Origin: Opitutales bacterium
Lineage (GTDB): Bacteria; Verrucomicrobiota; Verrucomicrobiia; Opitutales; PNEW01
Assembly (NCBI GenBank): GCA_965197745.1
Contig: CBDANS010000006.1
Coordinates: 160,001-224,000, forward strand
Reading direction: 5' to 3'
Length of the DNA: 64,000 bases
The notes beneath the pieces were generated by a model. The model was not told where the DNA came from, searched no databases, and was given only the letters and a program-made list of their open reading frames with translations. The translations under genes were made by a program, and so were the position numbers. Within the stretch, counting starts at the first letter, position 1; each line of letters begins with the position of its first letter. This document shows, one piece after another, positions 56,663-64,000 of the stretch.

Positions 56663-59600
56663 CTAATTATTCTTCAGGTTATTAAAATATTTGATTTTCA
56701 ATTCAGCGATTGAACAGTAGAGAACAGGGACAACTAAAACGGTAATGATCGCCAGGATCATGCCACCGAATGTCGGAATGGCCATGGGCACAATAACATC
56801 TGATCCTCTCCCTGTTGATGTAAGTACAGGAAGAAGTGCTAAAATGGTAGTTCCCGCCGTCATCATCGCTGGCCGGATTCTTCTCACCCCGGCGAAGACC
56901 GTGGCTTTTCTTACCGCTTCAATATCGCCGGGTTTATTTTCTTCAAAAACCTGCTGAAGATAAGTCCCTATAATTACCCCATCGTCCGTGGCGATGCCAA
57001 AGAGAGCGAGAAAGCCTACCCAGACCGCAACGCTTAGATTAATCGGATGAATCTGGAAAAGTTCCCGCATACCCGTCCCAAAAAGTGAAAAGTTGAGAAA
57101 CCAATCCTGGTTATAGAGCCAGATCATGATAAAACCACCCGACCACGCCACGATGATGCCTGAGAAAACCATGAGCGTTGTCGCAACGGTCTTAAACCGA
57201 AAGTAGATAATTAGAAAAATTGCCAATAGGGCTATGGGTAATATCAGCCGCAGTTTTTTTTCCGCTCTTACCTGGTTCTCATAACTCCCGGTAAATTTAT
57301 AACTCGCACCCGGGGGAATGAAAAGTTCACCTGAAATTCTTTTCTCATCGAGGTAAGTACGAGCTTGTTCAACGACGTCTACTTCAGCAAAGCCCGGTTT
57401 TTTATCGAAAATTACGTAGCCAACAAGAAAATTATCTTCACTTTTAATCACCTGTGGGCCGCGCAAATAATGAATACTTGCCAGTTGCCCGAGGGGGATC
57501 TGCGCACCAGTCGCAGCGGGCACCAGAATTTTCGTAATACTCTCTATATCATCGCGTAATTCACGCAGATAACGTATGCGAATAGGATACCGTTCACGCC
57601 CTTCCACCGAAGTCGTTATTTTCTTTCCCCCAATAGCCACCTCAATAACATCCTGCACCTGGCGAATGCTCATTCCATAGCGGGCAATAGCCTCGCGATC
57701 GATCTGGATCTCGAGGTATGGTTTTCCGACGACACGATCCGCAAAAACGGTGGCAGGTTCAATAGAGGGAACGTTATGGAGCAGTTTTTCTATATCAAAA
57801 CCGATTTTCTCAAGCGTTTGCAAATCCTGACCGTAGATCTTGAGACCCATAGGGGCTCGCATACCGCTTTGGAGCATAACTATGCGTGCGGCAATAGGTT
57901 GGAGCTTTGATGCTGATGTTGTCCCCGGCACGGCAGAGACTTTCACAATTTCATTCCAAATGTCATCCGCTGATTTAATTTCATCACGCCACTGTCTGAA
58001 GGGCCTGCCATTTCTATCCTCGATAAGTTCACCCTTAGCATTGCGCATATAGGTTCGCGTTTTATTGTCGTATTTAAATTTCAGCCATCTCCCATCATCA
58101 CCAACAATATATTCAGGTTTATAGTTTACAACCGTCTCCACCATGGAAATCGGAGCGGGATCGAGGGAGCTTTCAACCCGACCTATTTTCCCCACGACAC
58201 TGTCGATTTCAGGAATTGAGCGTATGGCCATATCCTGGATTTGAAGGACATCGAGAGATTCACCCAGAGAAGCGTGGGGCATGGTCATTGGCATAAAAAG
58301 GTAAGACCCTTCATCAAGAGGAGGCATGAACTCTTTTCCCAACCCAGGGAAGGTATGCTGCACTGCAATCCAGGGTTTAGTATTTTTTATAAATCCAGGG
58401 GTAAATCCAAAAACGGTTCCAAAACCCAGCCAGATAATTCCACCGCAAAGGACAATACTCACTACGAGCAGAAGAAATGCGCTCTTATAATTAAGAATAT
58501 ACTGAAGGATGAGGGCATAACTCCTTATAAAGAGATAGAATAATCCCAGGAGCACGCTGATTATGAGGATGACAAAAAAAACGTTGAGGACTCCTTTTTC
58601 TGGACCGAGCGGCGACCAGAAAAAGGCGAGATAAACTGAAACGATAAGCGCGATTACATAATTTAATCCCTGTGACAGGGCCCCATGAAATTTTTCAGGT
58701 ATATAATCCTCTGCCAGGTTAAGAACGCCAATGACAATACAGATTCCACCAGACCACCAGGGCATCATCTGAATAAAAATGGGCAAGATAAATCCGAGAA
58801 GAATGAGCCCTGAATAAAAACTTTTTTTCAACCAATCCGAACGCAATCGTCCAGACATAAGTGAATGGGCAAGAGGAGGAATAATGGTCAGGGCAATAAT
58901 AATTGAAGCGATAAGGGCAAATGTTTTGGTATAAGCCAAAGGTTTAAAAAGTTTTCCTTCCGCTCCTTCCATCGCAAAGACCGGTAAGAAGCTGACCACC
59001 GTAGTGAGCACCGCGGTCATTATTGCTCCCCCTACTTCCGAGCTAGCCCTGAAAATGACTTCTAACCGGTTTTCATCAGGTTCGGCACGGTCCAAATTTT
59101 TTAGAATATTTTCACTCATTACGATACCCATATCGACAATCGATCCAATGGCGATAGCGATACCGGACAAGGCAACGACATTGGCATCTACTCCAAAAAG
59201 TTTCATGCCGATGAAAGTGAAGAGCACCGCAATCGGCAATACCACGGAAATCATGAATGAACTGCGTAAATGCATAATCATGACCACGACCACGATAATG
59301 GTAATTAGTATCTGCTGGCTGACCGCTGTTTCCAAAGTGCCCAGAGTCTCATTGATTAGACCAGTGCGATCATAGAAAGGGACAATTACCAGTTTACTGA
59401 CAGTTCCATCGGCCAGAACTTTTTCGGGAAGGCCATGAGAGATCGATTGAATTTTTTCTTTTATACGTTTGATAACAGCCAGGGGATTTTCCCCAAAACG
59501 AATCACGGCAACACCGCCAACGGCTTCCACCCCTTCCTTGTCAAGAACCCCACGCCGAATGGCAGGACCCAGTCCAATCTCTGCGATCTGTTCAAGCGTT

Positions 59601-60448
59601 ATGGGAACATTATCATATACTTTAACTACGGTTTTACGCAGGTCATCAATTCCTTTCACAAACCCCAAACCCCGTATGACATATTCAACTTTATTCAGTT
59701 CAAGGGTGCGCGCTCCAACATCGATGTTGGAACTGCGAACAGCATGGTAGACCTGGCCCAGGGTAACACCGTGTGCGCGCATCGCGTTGGGATCGACATC
59801 GATCTGATACTCCTTGACAAAACCTCCAATAGAAGCCACCTCCGCTACACCGTCCACACCTTGCAGGCCATAGCGAACATACCAGTCCTGAACACTACGC
59901 CGTTCCTGTAAGTCCCAACCTCCAGCGGGATTACCCTTTTCATCGCGACCTTCAAGGGTATACCAGAAGACCTGTCCTAATGCTGTTGCATCGGGTCCAA
60001 GCGTCGGTTGCACACCTTCGGGTAGCATGCCTGCTGGAAGGCTGTTTAATTTTTCCAGAATACGACTGCGTGTCCAATAATACTCTGCCCGTTCCCGGAA
60101 TATGATATAGACAGTGGAAAATCCAAAGTTGGAGAAGCTGCGAATGGTCTTAACTTCCGGCAATCCGAGAAGAGCGGTAGTAAGGGGATAAGTAATCTGG
60201 TCTTCCACATCTTGAGGTGAGCGCCCATGCCATTCAGTATAGACAATCTGTTGATTTTCACCGATGTCAGGTATGGCATCTACGGGGACTGGAGAGCGGA
60301 TTAATCCGGGTATATCCCAATCAAAAGGTGCTACCAGGATTCCCCAGGCAATCAGAAACAAGGTAGCGAGAAAGACGACCAGCTTATTTTCCAGACAGTA
60401 ACGTATTATCCTGTTTACAGGTGACAGTGGTTTTTCTCCATTTGCCAT
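56663..60448 (-). CDS. cusA: CusA/CzcA-family heavy-metal efflux RND permease
   Basis: DAIPDIGENQ, GPDATALG, GIAIAIGSIVD, FMPPLDEG, RIRPAMMT. Confidence 0.93.
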   Translation of the reverse strand: MANGEKPLSPVNRIIRYCLENKLVVFLATLFLIAWGILVAPFDWDIPGLIRSPVPVDAIPDIGENQQIVYTEWHGRSPQDVEDQITYPLTTALLGLPEVKTIRSFSNFGFSTVYIIFRERAEYYWTRSRILEKLNSLPAGMLPEGVQPTLGPDATALGQVFWYTLEGRDEKGNPAGGWDLQERRSVQDWYVRYGLQGVDGVAEVASIGGFVKEYQIDVDPNAMRAHGVTLGQVYHAVRSSNIDVGARTLELNKVEYVIRGLGFVKGIDDLRKTVVKVYDNVPITLEQIAEIGLGPAIRRGVLDKEGVEAVGGVAVIRFGENPLAVIKRIKEKIQSISHGLPEKVLADGTVSKLVIVPFYDRTGLINETLGTLETAVSQQILITIIVVVVMIMHLRSSFMISVVLPIAVLFTFIGMKLFGVDANVVALSGIAIAIGSIVDMGIVMSENILKNLDRAEPDENRLEVIFRASSEVGGAIMTAVLTTVVSFLPVFAMEGAEGKLFKPLAYTKTFALIASIIIALTIIPPLAHSLMSGRLRSDWLKKSFYSGLILLGFILPIFIQMMPWWSGGICIVIGVLNLAEDYIPEKFHGALSQGLNYVIALIVSVYLAFFWSPLGPEKGVLNVFFVILIISVLLGLFYLFIRSYALILQYILNYKSAFLLLVVSIVLCGGIIWLGFGTVFGFTPGFIKNTKPWIAVQHTFPGLGKEFMPPLDEGSYLFMPMTMPHASLGESLDVLQIQDMAIRSIPEIDSVVGKIGRVESSLDPAPISMVETVVNYKPEYIVGDDGRWLKFKYDNKTRTYMRNAKGELIEDRNGRPFRQWRDEIKSADDIWNEIVKVSAVPGTTSASKLQPIAARIVMLQSGMRAPMGLKIYGQDLQTLEKIGFDIEKLLHNVPSIEPATVFADRVVGKPYLEIQIDREAIARYGMSIRQVQDVIEVAIGGKKITTSVEGRERYPIRIRYLRELRDDIESITKILVPAATGAQIPLGQLASIHYLRGPQVIKSEDNFLVGYVIFDKKPGFAEVDVVEQARTYLDEKRISGELFIPPGASYKFTGSYENQVRAEKKLRLILPIALLAIFLIIYFRFKTVATTLMVFSGIIVAWSGGFIMIWLYNQDWFLNFSLFGTGMRELFQIHPINLSVAVWVGFLALFGIATDDGVIIGTYLQQVFEENKPGDIEAVRKATVFAGVRRIRPAMMTAGTTILALLPVLTSTGRGSDVIVPMAIPTFGGMILAIITVLVVPVLYCSIAELKIKYFNNLKNN

Positions 60449-60508
60449 AATGATGCCTTACCCCAGTTAGTTTTGATTACGGTTTGTCTTTAAGTTCGAG
60501 TGATCACT

Positions 60509-61969
60509 TCAGTGGTCGTGACCCGGCATGGGACTCCCGCCTTCAGGATTCATCATGCTCGTTTTGGCTTGGATCTGCAGGGCACTGTCAATTTTGAAGT
60601 TACCGTTAACAACGACACGTTCTCCTGCCATAAGCCCTTCTTTTACGATGAATACATCATCCGCCCGTGACCCGAGAGTAATTTCACGTCCCTCATAAGT
60701 TGGTTTATCCAGGTCCGGTAACTCTACATAAACAATGGCCCGTTTGCCGGTTCGCAGAACAGCTTGTGTGGGCACGACAAGGGGAGCCGTGACATTCTCT
60801 TTTGCTTCAATATAGCCGAGCGCTTCAGCTCTAACGAGAGGCATCCCACATATGTCGCAATTGCCCGGCCCCTCTTTTACAATTTCCGGATGCATGGGAC
60901 CTATCCATTTATTGGCAAGATCCATACTTACGACCTTACCCCCATCAGCAATACTTGAATTGACAGAGGCGCGAACAAACATTCCGGGTTTTAGTCGACC
61001 ATCTTCATTTGTAACATTAACCCTTACTTTGATAGTACGCGTATCACGATCCATCACGGGATTGATAAAAGCAATTATGCCATGAAAAGTTTCCCCCGGA
61101 TAGGCCTCAACCTCGAACTCAACTTTCTGGCCATACCGAATCCATGCAATGTCAGACTCATAAGCGTCGAGGAAAACCCAGAGCTTAGCCAGGTCGGCAA
61201 TTTTAAAGAAACCTGTTCCCGTTTGCAGGTAATCCCCTTCTTTGACATTTTTTTCTATGACAATACCCTCCAGGGGTGCATTGATCTGAACTTGATCAGA
61301 TGCATTACCACGCTCTTCTATTTCTATAATTTGTTGCGCTGATAATCCCCAAAGTCTCAATTTCTCACGGGCCACTTGAGTTGACGCTCCCTCGGGATCA
61401 TATTTTAGTGCGGCGAGCAGCTCACTTTGTGCCGTTAACAGTTCCGGGCTGTAAACAAGAGCAAGATGGTCCCCAATATTAACGCTAATCCCTTCATAAT
61501 CTACATAAAGCCGGTCAACCCGGGCCGGAAAGCGAGCGGTGATTGATCTTAATCGGGATTCATCATATTCAATCATGCCGACCATACTGATTTTCGCTGT
61601 AGGGTAACGTCTCTCAACCGCTATGGTTTCAATTCTAGCTAATTTTTTTGCGGCTCCGGATAAAGTAAGGGTACTGAGAATTTCTTCAGAATCATCAGCG
61701 GTCGTAACGGGAATTAATTCCATTCCACAGATAGGACAGTTTCCAGGATTGGGCTGACTAATTTGCGGGTGCATCGCACAGGACCATGTCGTTTCGGCTT
61801 TCGCGACTTCATGCTTAGCCGTTTCATCATGGAGGTGGGTAGTTTCAATTACATCATCGTGTTCATCAGACAACCGACCCATGATATAGCCTCCTATGAC
61901 AAGAGCTATTATGGCCCCTGTCTTCCAATAGATGCTTTTCTCTCTTAAAAATAGTTTATTAATTTTCAT
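60509..61969 (-). CDS. cusB: CusB-like RND periplasmic adaptor with two heavy-metal-binding motifs
   Basis: CAMHP...CPICGMEL and PMHP...CDICGMPL; YSPELLTAQ, LKPGMF. Confidence 0.9.
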   Translation of the reverse strand: MKINKLFLREKSIYWKTGAIIALVIGGYIMGRLSDEHDDVIETTHLHDETAKHEVAKAETTWSCAMHPQISQPNPGNCPICGMELIPVTTADDSEEILSTLTLSGAAKKLARIETIAVERRYPTAKISMVGMIEYDESRLRSITARFPARVDRLYVDYEGISVNIGDHLALVYSPELLTAQSELLAALKYDPEGASTQVAREKLRLWGLSAQQIIEIEERGNASDQVQINAPLEGIVIEKNVKEGDYLQTGTGFFKIADLAKLWVFLDAYESDIAWIRYGQKVEFEVEAYPGETFHGIIAFINPVMDRDTRTIKVRVNVTNEDGRLKPGMFVRASVNSSIADGGKVVSMDLANKWIGPMHPEIVKEGPGNCDICGMPLVRAEALGYIEAKENVTAPLVVPTQAVLRTGKRAIVYVELPDLDKPTYEGREITLGSRADDVFIVKEGLMAGERVVVNGNFKIDSALQIQAKTSMMNPEGGSPMPGHDH

Positions 61970-63348
61970 TGAATTTCTCCTCCATAAATAGCTTCCATAC
62001 GCGCCAGGTTTTGTTGATAGTCAGCTACCGCTCTCCAGTAGGTAGTTTCCAGTTCCAGGAGTGTCCGCTGGCTGTCGATATAATCAAGGATCGAGGCTTG
62101 TCCCGACTGATAGGCGGTCTCGGTAACGGCAATCGCCTGTCGCGCTGTAGGCAACAAGGTTTCAGAAAATATCTCAGCCCTATTCCTTGCTTCTATCGAT
62201 CTTTGAAAGAATGCCGTAAACGCTGCCTCAATTTGATTCTGTTTTTGTATGCTTGTTGACTCCAGGAATCGCTTCTCATTCAAAGCTTCATTTTGAGCGG
62301 CACGATTTTTTGCCCACCATAAGGGAATATTAAAAGAAAAGGTAACTGACCAGGGATCTTCACCGCTTCCTAAAGTCGTGGGACTCAAGGCCGTGCCTGT
62401 ATTAATATAATTAAACCCAACGGTGATATCAGGAAATCGCTGAAGCTCGGCGACACGCTTACGACTTTCCTGTGCATTAATACGCTCTTGAATGCTTTGC
62501 AGTTCAGGATTATTTTTCTCAATATTTTCAGTATGGCTTCCCTCTAAAAGCGGGTGAAATTCGACCTTACTTAATTCTGGCCAAGGTAGTATAACATTGT
62601 AATCACGGTTAATCAGGGCGTTTAACCGCGCACTGATTATGGGCTGCAGCTGCTGCAAACTATTAAGATAGTCTTCGAGGCGGCCGATTTCAACCTGAAG
62701 TCGCAGCAACTGATTAAGCCCACCCCCAGCCTTAACTTTTTCCTGAACAACGGGCTCTACCTTTTTTAGAAGTTTAAGGTTTTCCCCCGTAAGTTTAGTA
62801 GCTTTACCGAGGTGGGCATATTCATAATATTCTACTTTTATGTCTCTTTCAACAGCCAGTTTCCTGGCCTCAAAGAGAGACCATAGTGCTTCCGCTTCTC
62901 CCTGGGCCGCTTCTTTTTTGTGATGCAGTTTTCCCAACCAGGGTATAGTCTGGGATAGAGCCAGTTGGTTTTCTTGCGGTCCTGTGCGCGTCTGCACTTC
63001 TTCGACAGCTTGAGAAATATTCAGCCGCGGGTCGGGTAGCGCTTTTGCCAGAGTGACTCTTTCAACCGCCGCCCGGTAGCGCTCGTAGGCCGCTTTGAGA
63101 TCCGGATTATTTATTAATGCCAGGGAAATGTAATCTTCTAATAATGGTTCACCGGGTAATTTTGGAATGACATCTGGAAAATCAACCGTACGGTTATCGT
63201 CACTTGAATTAATTGACGCATCTGCCCCAAGAGGTCCGAAAATACCCATTACCAGGAGTAAACCGGGAGCCATGAGAGAAGTATTCACCCTGTGAATTTC
63301 GTATATATTTAAAGACAATAATAATTTTAGGAATTTAATAAAATGCAT
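61966..63348 (-). CDS. TolC-family outer membrane efflux protein
   Basis: ALINNPDL, LPDP, SQTIPWLGK, AYQSGQASILD; overlaps the adaptor start. Confidence 0.9.
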   Translation of the reverse strand: MHFIKFLKLLLSLNIYEIHRVNTSLMAPGLLLVMGIFGPLGADASINSSDDNRTVDFPDVIPKLPGEPLLEDYISLALINNPDLKAAYERYRAAVERVTLAKALPDPRLNISQAVEEVQTRTGPQENQLALSQTIPWLGKLHHKKEAAQGEAEALWSLFEARKLAVERDIKVEYYEYAHLGKATKLTGENLKLLKKVEPVVQEKVKAGGGLNQLLRLQVEIGRLEDYLNSLQQLQPIISARLNALINRDYNVILPWPELSKVEFHPLLEGSHTENIEKNNPELQSIQERINAQESRKRVAELQRFPDITVGFNYINTGTALSPTTLGSGEDPWSVTFSFNIPLWWAKNRAAQNEALNEKRFLESTSIQKQNQIEAAFTAFFQRSIEARNRAEIFSETLLPTARQAIAVTETAYQSGQASILDYIDSQRTLLELETTYWRAVADYQQNLARMEAIYGGEIQ

Positions 63349-63483
63349 GTTTAATTTTACCGGGCTGAAAACAGGTATGAGACACCTGTTTAGTTAATTA
63401 TTGAGATAGAGATGTACCCAAACCGCCGCTGAGGACATTAAGTTCACAGCAAGACGGCTTTAATTATTCAACACCCGGTAATA

Positions 63484-63867
63484 TTACAATAAGTAGACAC
63501 AATGCACCTGTAATAGGGGTGGCGCATTTGGCTCACTATTTAAGTGTCTCCCTGTGTATACAGGGGTGGGTGCTAATTGGTTATTAAATGATAGCTTGTA
63601 AACAGGCGCAAATACGGGTGATTGCAGATTAGCCTGGCTTTTATCAATAACCAGAAACTCGTTAAGCAGTTTCTTTAAATTTTTGTGATCGCAATCGTTT
63701 TCATTTCCCTGGTTATTGCGATCGGCATCAGAAGGAGTTATGGGGCAGCAGTCACGCGCCTCTTCAGCGGCCTTTTCAAATTCAAGTGCTCCAGTTCCCC
63801 AGCAACAACAAAGAGGAATGATAATAGAAAAAGTAAGAAAAAGCGTTATCGCTTTAGTGTAATACAT
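63484..63867 (-). CDS. Small Cys-rich exported protein upstream of the metal efflux operon
   Basis: Hydrophobic N-terminus ending LCCCW, DCC, CDH, C-terminal NAPPLLQVHCVYLL. Confidence 0.65.
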   Translation of the reverse strand: MYYTKAITLFLTFSIIIPLCCCWGTGALEFEKAAEEARDCCPITPSDADRNNQGNENDCDHKNLKKLLNEFLVIDKSQANLQSPVFAPVYKLSFNNQLAPTPVYTGRHLNSEPNAPPLLQVHCVYLL

Positions 63868-64000
63868 ATCAAAATATGATGATCTGATTAATAATATATT
63901 CCACAACTCTATAAGTATTCAAGTTACAAAACGCGAATTTACGTGCATTATACATTCACTTTACCTGACCTGATCCATATATCAGGTACTTGTAGCTGGT

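Overview
Bacterial chromosome segment, probably Verrucomicrobiota/Opitutia (inferred from a DUF5069-like protein, an Opitutae-type C-terminal domain and the style of the REP repeats). All family calls come from motif recognition by eye; no database search was run. Left flank (1-12655): a secreted bicupin, an IS4 sitting between GGGTCAG-type palindromes next to two decayed RAYT (Y1/HUH) transposases, a cupin / Gfo-Idh-MocA / NanM-SSS-fusion sugar-acid cluster, a frameshifted surface protein and a 5'-truncated secretin. Middle (about 12656-45026): a roughly 32 kb eroded island starting with a serine recombinase. It holds at least 7 large IS3 copies plus end fragments, IS481/IS1380/IS1595 remnants, three att-like repeats, tandem stand-alone double-Cache genes, cfa, an intact vapBC pair and many dead defence-type genes. 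Right flank (45103-64000): bicupin, DHDPS-family enzyme, MFS, tatC, ppdK, hflX, a composite REP array, queCEF and a CusCBA-like metal efflux operon. The most unusual signals are: (1) the same GNA-mini-hairpin micro-insertions splitting a Glu (GAA) codon at two conserved integrase motifs in distinct IS3 types; (2) three att-like repeats, each fused to the RPH..LG-coding part of an IS3; (3) a covarying subterminal hairpin in the IS3 right ends.
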